From: an uncultured Aliarcobacter sp. | Lineage (GTDB): Bacteria; Campylobacterota; Campylobacteria; Campylobacterales; Arcobacteraceae | DNA: 64,000 nt | Assembly (NCBI GenBank): GCA_963677435.1 | Contig: OY781945.1 | Location: forward strand, 1,184,001 to 1,248,000 | Direction: 5' to 3' | In this document: one piece after another, positions 29,021 through 38,377 of the stretch | Layout of the letters: each line of letters starts with the position of its first letter | Position numbering within the stretch: the first letter of the stretch is position 1 | Position numbers and translations under genes: made by a program | The notes under the pieces: generated by a model | The model's database searches: none | What the model saw: only the letters and a program-made list of their open reading frames with translations | Told to the model about the DNA's origin: nothing

Positions 29021-32000
29021 ATGCTTTTATTTCGACATTTCTTAATGTTGTTTTTTATTTTTCTCTTTAGTTCAAATCTTTTGGCAAAAGAGAATAAAAC
29101 AATTTTTTCTATCGTTTCAGATAGATCCGCTTCAAATCTAAATAGTGGTGCAAATACATATTTGCAAAACTCAAATGATAAAATCATCATAAGAACAGTA
29201 AATCAAGTAGCACTTATGAGTGATGAAGAGTTAGATAAATATTTAACCCAGTCAGATTCACTTCTATTTTGTGCAGTTTTTGGTGATGTTGTTGATAGGT
29301 TATTATCAAAAAAATATTCATCTTCACAACTTAGAATTTCTATTCAAGGGGATAGAAGACTTCTTGTTTTGAATAATGATTTATTGGGAAACTCTTATGC
29401 TGACAATATTGATAAAGTTCTTGAGAAAGATAAAGAAAATCTTGGATATTTGAACTTTTTAGAGAAAAAACAAAAAGAGTTTCCCTCTTATGCTTTTTAT
29501 CTACAAGCAAGGGCTTATTGGGATAATAGGGGAAATGAAAATATTTCAAATCTTTTTTCTTTTTTGTTTAATCAAAACTCTCAAGAAAACTCTTGGCCAA
29601 AAGTTATAGAGTTAAAAGCCATAAGATATTTTTTAAATGGTGATGATTCAAAAACATATTTTGATATTGAGGATTTAGGAAAAAAAATAAATCCAGCAAA
29701 AGATATATTATTTGTTTTGGATAGTGATAGTTCAGACAGTTTAAATGAGTGGAAAATTCACAAAGAGTTAGTAAAAAATTCAAACTTTGAAGTAATCTCA
29801 ATTTTATCTTCTTGGGGAAAATCAAGTTTTGAAGCAGTTGAAAGTATCGAAAAACTAATCTCAAAATTGCCAACAAAGCAAGCATATTCAATTATCTCTT
29901 TACATGATTTTGTAATAGGAAGTGGAACTGCAAAAAATGAAGTAGATGAAATCTTAGAAAGATTAAATGTTCCTATTTTAAAAGGTCTTAGGGTTTCAGA
30001 TTTATCATATTTAAACTATTCCTTATCAAGTGAGGGTTTACCTAAAAATTCGGTTCATTACCGAATCGCAATGCCAGAACTTCAAGGAATAGGGCAAGTT
30101 CAAATTCTTTCATTAAATGAAGATTTCATAACTGATAAAAATACAGGAGTAAATCTTTTTTCTGTAAAGATTTTGGATGATGAGATAAAAGCAATTGTTG
30201 CAAAAGCGAATAATTGGATAAAACTAAAAAAGAAAAATAATAAAGATAAAAAAATTGCAATAATTTATTATAACCATCCTCCAGGGCGACACAATATTGG
30301 AGCTGATAATTTAAATGTGCCAAAATCACTTTTTAATATTTTAACTTCTTTAAAAGCTCAAGGTTACGATGTTGGAGAATTACCAGCAAATGATGAAGAG
30401 TTATTAAAAATGATTCAAGAAAAAGCTGTAAATCTTCCAAATGACAAAAAAGCCTTAGAAGAAATGAGTCCAAATATAAATAAAATGGATTCACAAGAAT
30501 ACAAAGCTTGGTTTAAAACTCTTCCAAATTATATTCAAGAAGAGATGCAATATGGTCCATTGGCTCTGCTTCACACGGAGATAAAAAGTTTTTTAAAGGA
30601 TGATTTGAAAAATATCTCATCTACAAATAAAGCAATTGCTTATGATTCTATAAAAAATTATATGCACAAAACTATGGATAATTTACACCATGCAATGGAT
30701 GGAATCAGAAGTGAAAGCAGACAAAGAGCTGTAAATTTACTAGCACAATTAAGACAAGAGTATGAAAATATTTTAAATCTTTCTCAAGAGCAAAAAGAGT
30801 TTTCATTTGAAACAATGGATTCTTTAGAAAAAGCTGTAATTGATTTACAAATCGAGGGAATAAGAGGTTGGGGCGAAGCACCAGGAATTGTAATGGTACA
30901 TGAAAATAAGCTCTTACTTCCAAGTTTAAATTTTGGAAATATTCTTTTAGCTCCACAACCACCACGAGGTTGGGAATTAAATGAAGAGTTGCTTCATGCA
31001 AACTTATCATTTCCTCCAACACATCAGTATTTGGCTTTTTATCATTTTATAAAAGATAGTTTTAAAGCCGATGCGGTTATTCATCTTGGGCGACACTCAA
31101 CTTATGAGTTTTTACCAAAAAAGAGTGTTGGACTTACTTCAAAAGATTATCCATATTTAATGATTGGGGATATGCCTAGTATTTATCCATATATTGTAGA
31201 TGGAGTTGGTGAGGGAATTCAAGCCAAAAGAAGAGGTCAAGCCATAATGATTGACCATTTAACGCCACCTTTAGCTAGTACAAAATTATATGATGACTTA
31301 TTACATATAAGACAATTGATTGAAAGTGCAGAATCAGCAACAGATGAAATCGTTAGAAAAAACTCAATAACAAAAATAAAAGAAGCAATCAATAAAGCAA
31401 ATCTAAAAGATGAACTTATAAAAAGTATGGATGATGAATTAAAAGTAAGAGGAATTGGTTTTGATGAGGTTGATGATGAATTTTTATTACATGAAGTTGG
31501 TCATTATTTAACAAAATTACAAGAAAAATTTATGCCTTTGGGACTTCATACTTTTGGGGAGACTTGGAGTGAAGAAGCTGTAACTATCATGCTTAAATCA
31601 ATGGGTGAAGAGAAAAATGCCCAAGTTAGAGAAAATCTAATCAAATCACCTGCAAATGAGATGAAATCTTTATTAAATGCCTTAAATGGTGGATATGTAA
31701 TTGCAGGAAAAGGAAATGACCCAATTAGAACAAATGAAGCGCTTCCAACTGGAAAAAACTTTTATGCCCTTGATGGCAGTTTAATTCCAAGTCGAGTGGG
31801 ATATGACATCGGAGTAAAACTAGCTCAAAAAGTGCGAGAAAATAAAAACTATGACATTAGAAAAAAAGAAGCAATAATTCTTTGGGCATCTGATACAGTA
31901 AGAGATGAAGGAGCTATGATAGCTTTTGGTTTTGATTTATTAGGAGTAAAACCAGTTTGGAATAGTAGGGGAATTTTACAAGGATTAGAGCTTTTACCTT

Positions 32001-33385
32001 TAGATGAAAAAAGGCTTAGAAGATATGATGTGATTTTTACAGCTTCTGGATTATTTAGAGATTTATATGGTTCAAAACTGGCACTTTTAGATAAAGCAGT
32101 TTTAATAGTTTTAGATGCAAGTTATGATGATATTGTCTCAAAATATCCAGCTCTAACTCTTGCTTTAAATAAAGCTTTAGAGCCTTTAGGAGATTTAAGA
32201 AAAGCTGGAAATGAACCCTTAGAAAAAAATAGTGTGGCGTTAAATTGGGTAGATGAAGCAAGGGAACTTTTAAAAGAGAATCCAAATCTAAATGCTAGTG
32301 AACTTGCAAAACTATCAAGTAAAAGAGTATTTGCAACTGCTCCTGGTTCTTATGGTGCAGGAATAAATAGATTAGTTGAGCGTTCAGGTGCTTGGGATAA
32401 TAGAAGTGAATTAGCCGATGTATTTATGAAAAGAATGGCTTACTCTTATTCAGAAGATGGTTATGCTCAACTTGCAACAAAAAGTTTTGAAATGCAACTA
32501 AAAAAAGTTGAAAATACTTATCTTGGACGAGCTAGTAATCTTTATGGATTAATTGATAATAACGACACCTTTGATTATCTTGGTGGATTAAATTTAGCTA
32601 TTGAAAAAGTTACAGGAAAACAACCAAATAGTTTTGTTATTGACCACTCAAATACAAATGATTTAAAAATTACTCCTTTAGAAACAGCACTTTTAAGTGA
32701 ATTAAGAGGAAGATATTTAAATCCCCAATGGATAAAACCACTTATGAAAGAGGGATATAGTGGAGCTAGAACCATGGGAAGTGAATTTATAGAGTATTTA
32801 TGGGGATGGCAAGTTACAAGTCCAGAAATCATAAAAGATTGGGTTTGGGAAGAGGTAAAAGCTGTATATATTGATGACAAATTAAACCTAAAATTAGATG
32901 AGTTTTTATCATCTGGTTATCAAGTGCAAGTTCAAACAAATATGTTAGCAGTAATGCTTGTGGCAATTCAAAAAGATTTTTGGAAAGCAGATGAAAAAAC
33001 ACAAAAAGAACTGGCTTTAAAATTTGCAAATAATATTATAGAACATGGAATTCCAGGAAGCGGACACACCCATGCAAATCATCCAATTTATGATTTTGTA
33101 AAATCAAAAATTGATGAACAAACAGCTTCAAAATTAGAAGAAGTGTTAAGTCAAAGTAGAATGGAAAAAGTCGATAAAAAACAAAGTGTAACTTCAATTC
33201 AAGAAGTGAAACTTGATAATCAACAAAATAAACAAAATCAAGAAATAAGTGAAAATAAAGAGTCTAAAAACAGTAAAGAAGATGATAATTCGTATATGAA
33301 ATATCTATTACTTTGTGCCTTTTTAATTTTACTTGTGGGTCTTACTAAATCTGTATTTTTTAATAAAATAAAAAAAGGAGCATAA
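29021..33385 (+). CDS. CobN/Mg-chelatase-family protein with signal peptide and C-terminal TM anchor (BtuS/HmuS-like)
   Basis: YNHPPG, PQPPRGW, HLGRHSTYEFLP, GEGIQAKRR, DHLTPP, LPTGKNFY, RYLNPQWI; hydrophobic N- and C-termini. Confidence 0.9.
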   Translation: MLLFRHFLMLFFIFLFSSNLLAKENKTIFSIVSDRSASNLNSGANTYLQNSNDKIIIRTVNQVALMSDEELDKYLTQSDSLLFCAVFGDVVDRLLSKKYSSSQLRISIQGDRRLLVLNNDLLGNSYADNIDKVLEKDKENLGYLNFLEKKQKEFPSYAFYLQARAYWDNRGNENISNLFSFLFNQNSQENSWPKVIELKAIRYFLNGDDSKTYFDIEDLGKKINPAKDILFVLDSDSSDSLNEWKIHKELVKNSNFEVISILSSWGKSSFEAVESIEKLISKLPTKQAYSIISLHDFVIGSGTAKNEVDEILERLNVPILKGLRVSDLSYLNYSLSSEGLPKNSVHYRIAMPELQGIGQVQILSLNEDFITDKNTGVNLFSVKILDDEIKAIVAKANNWIKLKKKNNKDKKIAIIYYNHPPGRHNIGADNLNVPKSLFNILTSLKAQGYDVGELPANDEELLKMIQEKAVNLPNDKKALEEMSPNINKMDSQEYKAWFKTLPNYIQEEMQYGPLALLHTEIKSFLKDDLKNISSTNKAIAYDSIKNYMHKTMDNLHHAMDGIRSESRQRAVNLLAQLRQEYENILNLSQEQKEFSFETMDSLEKAVIDLQIEGIRGWGEAPGIVMVHENKLLLPSLNFGNILLAPQPPRGWELNEELLHANLSFPPTHQYLAFYHFIKDSFKADAVIHLGRHSTYEFLPKKSVGLTSKDYPYLMIGDMPSIYPYIVDGVGEGIQAKRRGQAIMIDHLTPPLASTKLYDDLLHIRQLIESAESATDEIVRKNSITKIKEAINKANLKDELIKSMDDELKVRGIGFDEVDDEFLLHEVGHYLTKLQEKFMPLGLHTFGETWSEEAVTIMLKSMGEEKNAQVRENLIKSPANEMKSLLNALNGGYVIAGKGNDPIRTNEALPTGKNFYALDGSLIPSRVGYDIGVKLAQKVRENKNYDIRKKEAIILWASDTVRDEGAMIAFGFDLLGVKPVWNSRGILQGLELLPLDEKRLRRYDVIFTASGLFRDLYGSKLALLDKAVLIVLDASYDDIVSKYPALTLALNKALEPLGDLRKAGNEPLEKNSVALNWVDEARELLKENPNLNASELAKLSSKRVFATAPGSYGAGINRLVERSGAWDNRSELADVFMKRMAYSYSEDGYAQLATKSFEMQLKKVENTYLGRASNLYGLIDNNDTFDYLGGLNLAIEKVTGKQPNSFVIDHSNTNDLKITPLETALLSELRGRYLNPQWIKPLMKEGYSGARTMGSEFIEYLWGWQVTSPEIIKDWVWEEVKAVYIDDKLNLKLDEFLSSGYQVQVQTNMLAVMLVAIQKDFWKADEKTQKELALKFANNIIEHGIPGSGHTHANHPIYDFVKSKIDEQTASKLEEVLSQSRMEKVDKKQSVTSIQEVKLDNQQNKQNQEISENKESKNSKEDDNSYMKYLLLCAFLILLVGLTKSVFFNKIKKGA

Positions 33386-33834
33386 TGTTTTCGTCAATTT
33401 CAGTTGGTCTAATGCACCAAATTTCAGCACTTCTTTTAGAGCCAGTTTCTTGGGCTTTGATTTTTTTCGTAGTTTTTTCCCTTTATGAAATAGGAATTAC
33501 AATAGGAGAAAGAGCAATAGAAATCAAAAGATTAATAAAAACAAATGACATGACTTTGGTTTTAAATGTTGCAAAAAAAAGAATCGAAAGAGCAGATTTT
33601 ATTACAAGACTTGCACCAATGTTAGGACTTATGGGAACACTAATTCCACTAGGACCTGGACTTGCTGCCCTTGGTGATGGAGATGTAAAAATACTTAGTA
33701 CTGCAATGAGTGTAGCATTTGATACAACAGTTTTAGGACTTCTTTGTGGAATGATTGGATTTGTAATTGCTAGACTTAGAAGAAGATGGTATGACAAGGC
33801 TTTAAGTCTTATGGAGAGTGAAAATGAAAAGTAG
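33385..33834 (+). CDS. MotA/TolQ/ExbB proton-channel family protein
   Basis: APMLGLMGTLIPLGPGL, AFDTTVLG, RRRWY. Confidence 0.88.
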   Translation: MFSSISVGLMHQISALLLEPVSWALIFFVVFSLYEIGITIGERAIEIKRLIKTNDMTLVLNVAKKRIERADFITRLAPMLGLMGTLIPLGPGLAALGDGDVKILSTAMSVAFDTTVLGLLCGMIGFVIARLRRRWYDKALSLMESENEK

Positions 33835-34132
33835 ATTTTCAAGTGAGCATTTTTCAAAAGAGGATGATGAACCTCTTGGGCCATTGGCAAATTTAGTTGA
33901 TATTATTTTAGTATTTGCTTGTGGTTTAATAGCAGCTCTTGTGGCACTTAGCCCAAATTTGCAAGAGCATTTTAAAGTTTCAAAAGAGTCAAAAGTTATA
34001 AGTCAAGGAAAAGAGTTAGCCGATGTTCCAAAAGAGATAAAAGAAAAACAAGATGGAACAAATGGATATAAGTCCTTGGGGCAAGTTTATAAAGACCCAA
34101 AAACAGGGAAATTAATTTTAATTAGTGAATAG
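33818..34132 (+). CDS. DUF2149 protein
   Basis: EPLGPLANLVDIILVFACGL and LGQVYKDPKTGK; typical partner of the preceding gene. Confidence 0.85.
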   Translation: MKMKSRFSSEHFSKEDDEPLGPLANLVDIILVFACGLIAALVALSPNLQEHFKVSKESKVISQGKELADVPKEIKEKQDGTNGYKSLGQVYKDPKTGKLILISE

Positions 34133-34209
34133 TTTTCCAATAAATATTAAAATTATGTAAATTTGATTATAATGAATAGTTCACAATTTAAAATAAAAAG
34201 GATATAAAA

Positions 34210-34785
34210 ATGAAATACGAATTAATGACTTTACCTTACGATTTAGATGCCTTAGAACCGCTTATGTCAAAAGAAACTTTAGAGTTTCATTATGGAAAAC
34301 ATCACCAAACTTATGTAAATAACTTAAACAATTTAATCACTGGTACAAAATTTGAAGATTCAACTTTAGTTGATATTATTCTAAATTCAGATGGAGGGCT
34401 TTTTAACAATGCCGCTCAAGTTTATAATCATGACTTCTTTTGGAATGGTTTAACTCCAACTCAAGGTGCAATTCCTTCAAAAGTTGAAGCAGCTTTAGTT
34501 AAAACTTTTGGTTCAGTTGATGAGTTCAAAAAAGAGTTCACAACAAAAGCTATTGGACAATTTGGTTCTGGTTGGGCTTGGTTAGTTGAAGATGAAAATC
34601 AAAACTTAAAAATTGTAACAACATCAAATGCAGCAAATCCACTAACAGACAATCTAAAACCTATTTTAGTATGTGATGTATGGGAACATGCCTACTATAT
34701 TGATGTAAGAAATGCAAGACCTGCATATTTAGAAAATTTCTGGAAACTTGTAAACTGGAATTTTGTAGAGCAAAATCTAGCGTAA
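34210..34785 (+). CDS. sodB: Fe superoxide dismutase
   Basis: HYGKHH, NNAAQVYNH, FGSGWAW, DVWEHAYY. Confidence 0.95.
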   Translation: MKYELMTLPYDLDALEPLMSKETLEFHYGKHHQTYVNNLNNLITGTKFEDSTLVDIILNSDGGLFNNAAQVYNHDFFWNGLTPTQGAIPSKVEAALVKTFGSVDEFKKEFTTKAIGQFGSGWAWLVEDENQNLKIVTTSNAANPLTDNLKPILVCDVWEHAYYIDVRNARPAYLENFWKLVNWNFVEQNLA

Positions 34786-34824
34786 GAAGATAAAAAGTAT
34801 GGAACTTTCCATACTTTTTCATAT

Positions 34825-35610
34825 ATGAAATCAGATATTTTTAAAAATCCCAAATTAAATTTCCTAGAGTTACGATATGTTCAAGATATTCCTGAATGTA
34901 CAAAAATGCATATTCATGAAGAGCTAACTATCACAGCCATAAAAAAAGGTTCATTAAATTTGATATTTAATAACACAACTTTTGAACTAATCCCAAATGA
35001 AATAGCAATCATAAATAGTGATATTCCTCACTGTGCGACAACAAATAAAATATCAAAAGATGGATATGTTTTGTATTTAAAAAAAGAGTACTTAAAAAAT
35101 ATAAACTTAAATTTCAATTCATTTTATGAGATAATCAAACAAAAAAATATCTATAGAAATTTTATAAAATTGTGTGATTGCCTGTTGGATAAAAAAGTAT
35201 CTTTAATTGAAAAAGAGGAGAGATTTTACTCTTTTTGTTTAGCTTTTTTTTCATTTGAGCAAAAACAAACAAATGAACAAATAGAATCAGTTTTGGCAAC
35301 AAACATAAAAAAATATTTAGATGAAAACTATTTTGAAGAGTTTATCTTAGATGATTTAGCAAAAAGTTTTGACTTAAGTGTTGTTCATTTAATCCGAGTA
35401 TTTAAAAAAGAGTTTGGACTTCCAATTCACTCTTATATTTTAAATAAAAAAGTGCATTTTGCAAAAGAGTTATTATCTTCAAATATGCCCATTATTGAAG
35501 TTGCACAAAACAGCGGTTTTTTTGACCAAAGCCATCTAAATAGAAGTTTTAAAAGAATCTTTCAAATCACCCCAAAAGAGTATCAAAACAATATTTTCCC
35601 TAAATGTTAA
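34825..35610 (+). CDS. AraC-family regulator
   Basis: Cupin-like N-terminus (HIHEE); C-terminal GFFDQSHLNRSFK...TP. Confidence 0.92.
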   Translation: MKSDIFKNPKLNFLELRYVQDIPECTKMHIHEELTITAIKKGSLNLIFNNTTFELIPNEIAIINSDIPHCATTNKISKDGYVLYLKKEYLKNINLNFNSFYEIIKQKNIYRNFIKLCDCLLDKKVSLIEKEERFYSFCLAFFSFEQKQTNEQIESVLATNIKKYLDENYFEEFILDDLAKSFDLSVVHLIRVFKKEFGLPIHSYILNKKVHFAKELLSSNMPIIEVAQNSGFFDQSHLNRSFKRIFQITPKEYQNNIFPKC

Positions 35611-35675
35611 TTTTGTACAAGATTTAATTTTTTTTTATTGTTATACTTTGCAAAATTAAAAAAAAGGAGTCTTCT

Positions 35676-35738
35676 ATGAGTATAAATATTTCAAAACAAT
35701 TTATCTCTTTTTCTTTCCTCTTCCTCTTAAATTTCTAA
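35676..35738 (+). CDS. Candidate 20-aa leader peptide of leuA (MSINISKQFISFSFLFLLNF)
   Basis: Strong AAGGAG RBS; Leu/Phe codon cluster TTC CTC TTC CTC TTA; ends 52 nt before leuA. Confidence 0.5.
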   Translation: MSINISKQFISFSFLFLLNF

Positions 35739-35790
35739 TCTTTCAATCAAATACAATCTAAAAAATAAAATAAATAATCGGAGCAAAACC

Positions 35791-37092
35791 ATGAGTTTTA
35801 AAAAATATAAACAATATCCTACTGTGCAAAATTTCCCAAGAAAATGGCCAGATAAACAAATCACACAAGCACCAATATATTGTAGTGTGGACTTAAGAGA
35901 TGGAAATCAAGCTTTGATAAATCCTTTAACAGTTGAGCAAAAATTGGAGTATTTTCATACTTTAGTAAAAATGGGATTTAAACAAATAGAAGTTAGTTAT
36001 CCAAGTGCTAGTGATACGGATTTTAACTTTACAAGAAAATTAATCCAAGAAAATTTAGTGCCAGATGATGTGTTTATTCAAGTTTTGATTCCTGCAAAAA
36101 AAGAGTGGATTAAAAAAAGTGTTGAAGCAATGAGTGGAGTTAAAAATGGAATTTTTCATTTATATAACCCAACAAATGAGTTTCAGCGAAGAGTTGTTTT
36201 TCAAAAAAGTGATGATGAGATAATATCTATGGCAGTTGAATCTATGAAATATTTAGTTGAACTTACAAAAGATTTCAAAGGAAAAGTAACTTATCAGTAT
36301 TCACCTGAGAGTTTTTCTCAAACTGATTTAGAGTTTGCAGTAAAAATTTGTAATGAAGTTATAAATGTAGTAAAACCAACTATTGATAAAAAGATGATAA
36401 TAAACTTACCAAATACACTTGAAGCGTGTACAGCAAATGTTTATGCAGATAGAATAGAGTGGATGTGTGAAAATTTATATCATCGTGAAGCTTTAATCAT
36501 CAGTGTTCATCCACACAATGATAGAGGAACTTCTGTGGCAAGTGCAGAGTTAGCAGTGCTTGCAGGGGCAGACAAAGTTGAGGGAACTTTATTTGGAAAT
36601 GGTGAAAGAGCAGGGAACTTAGACTTAGTAAATTTTGCTTTTAATATCTATTCACAAGGGATTAATCCAAAACTTGATTTATCAATCATTGATGAAATAA
36701 AAGATATGTATGAGGAAAAAACTGGACTTTTTGTACACCCAAGACATCCTTTTGTTGGAGATATGATATTTACAGCTTTTTCTGGTGGACATCAAGATGC
36801 TATTAAAAAAGGAATGGATTTTTATAGAACTCAAAACTCGAAAGAGTGGAATGTACCATATTTACCAATTGACCCAAAAGATATAAAAAGAGGTTATGAA
36901 AAAGTAATAAGAGTAAATTCCCAATCAGGAAAAGGAGGAGCAAGTTTTATAATAAGTGAATTTTTAGGAGTAGAAATGAATAAAGATGAATCTATAAAAT
37001 TTGGTTTAATTATAAAAGAAGAATCGGATAAATTAAAAAGAGAATTAGATAAAAATGAAATAATTGAACTATATAAAAAGTTAAATAGTTAA
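35791..37092 (+). CDS. leuA: 2-isopropylmalate synthase lacking the C-terminal regulatory domain
   Basis: DLRDGNQAL, YSPESF, HPHNDRG, GNGERAGN, AFSGGHQDAI, RVNSQSGKGG; only 433 aa. Confidence 0.88.
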   Translation: MSFKKYKQYPTVQNFPRKWPDKQITQAPIYCSVDLRDGNQALINPLTVEQKLEYFHTLVKMGFKQIEVSYPSASDTDFNFTRKLIQENLVPDDVFIQVLIPAKKEWIKKSVEAMSGVKNGIFHLYNPTNEFQRRVVFQKSDDEIISMAVESMKYLVELTKDFKGKVTYQYSPESFSQTDLEFAVKICNEVINVVKPTIDKKMIINLPNTLEACTANVYADRIEWMCENLYHREALIISVHPHNDRGTSVASAELAVLAGADKVEGTLFGNGERAGNLDLVNFAFNIYSQGINPKLDLSIIDEIKDMYEEKTGLFVHPRHPFVGDMIFTAFSGGHQDAIKKGMDFYRTQNSKEWNVPYLPIDPKDIKRGYEKVIRVNSQSGKGGASFIISEFLGVEMNKDESIKFGLIIKEESDKLKRELDKNEIIELYKKLNS

Positions 37093-37120
37093 AAGTAAGT
37101 TTTAAAACTTACTTTTAATT

Positions 37121-38182
37121 TTATTTATATTCGATTTTTCCTTGACTTGCTAATAATGCACCACAAAGTTGGTATAAAACTCTAGAACCTACATTTGCAT
37201 CCCAACCATCAGCACTATCCCCAACTTCACAAAGGTCAAAACCTATAATATTTCTTCCACTTTTTACAACCATAAATATTAAGTGTTCTAACTCACCATA
37301 TCTCAAACCTGATGGAACTGGAGTTCCAGTATTTGGGCAATTTAATGGCTCTAATCCATCAATATCAATTGATAAATAAACATTTTTTGGCAGTTGTTCG
37401 ATATATGGTGCAAAAACATCTTCTAAAGATTTACCACTAGCTAATTGTGCTTGCATATCTGTATCGTATAAACATGCACCTTTTAGACCATATTCTTTCA
37501 TTCTATTTGCTTCTTCACTACTGTAATCTCTGATTCCAAATTGAACCAAATTTGAAACTTTGTCACACTCATTCATAGCATTATAAAAAATCGAAGCATG
37601 AGAGTAAATAAAACCTTCATAAGCCTTTCTTAGGTCATGGTGAGCATCTACATGCAAGATTCCAAAAGGTTCAGCTTGTGTATCGTTTAAAGCTTTGATA
37701 AGACCAAGAGGTGATGAGTGGTCACCACCAACAACTGCTACGAATTTACCTTCTTTTATTTGCTCAAAAGATTTTTGATACACAGAAGAATTTAAAATTG
37801 CCGATGCTTCATTTACAAATTTTAGAGCTTTTTTATTTGTTTTTCCCTCTTCAAGTGCCTCAATAACTTTTAATGCCTTTTTTCTAGCTTTGTGACTTAA
37901 TTTTAATAAATGCTTATCAGTTTCAAGCATAGCAATACCTGCAACATAAGGTTTAATATAGTGAAAAGTTTCAACATCAAGTTGGTGGCTTGTAATTCTA
38001 ATTGCATCAGGAGCATTTGCTGTCCCTTGCCCAAATGAAACAGTAGCTTCCCAAGGAACTGGAACTAAAACTAAACTAGCTTCTTTTGGGTCTAATCTTC
38101 CTCCAATAAAGCCATCACCTTCTTGGGGTGGTAATCCTTGCTCTAATACTTTTATTTCTTCTTTTAAAGTTCTATAAGACAT
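37121..38182 (-). CDS. Agmatinase/ureohydrolase family protein
   Basis: GGDHS, DAHHD, SIDIDGLEP..PNTGTPVPSG, DLCEV. Confidence 0.9.
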   Translation of the reverse strand: MSYRTLKEEIKVLEQGLPPQEGDGFIGGRLDPKEASLVLVPVPWEATVSFGQGTANAPDAIRITSHQLDVETFHYIKPYVAGIAMLETDKHLLKLSHKARKKALKVIEALEEGKTNKKALKFVNEASAILNSSVYQKSFEQIKEGKFVAVVGGDHSSPLGLIKALNDTQAEPFGILHVDAHHDLRKAYEGFIYSHASIFYNAMNECDKVSNLVQFGIRDYSSEEANRMKEYGLKGACLYDTDMQAQLASGKSLEDVFAPYIEQLPKNVYLSIDIDGLEPLNCPNTGTPVPSGLRYGELEHLIFMVVKSGRNIIGFDLCEVGDSADGWDANVGSRVLYQLCGALLASQGKIEYK

Positions 38183-38377
38183 CTATTTTCCTAATCTATT
38201 GTATTTATTTGATTCTGAATTATAGGATAAATATATCGATTTTTTAATTAACTGTACAATATTTGTCAAAATTATTATTAAAAATTTATTATTAAAAAAT
38301 CTCAGTAAATAATTAGTAAAATGTTGATAGGATTACTTAACATAAGATTACACTCTACTTAAGTTTGAGGATACAAA

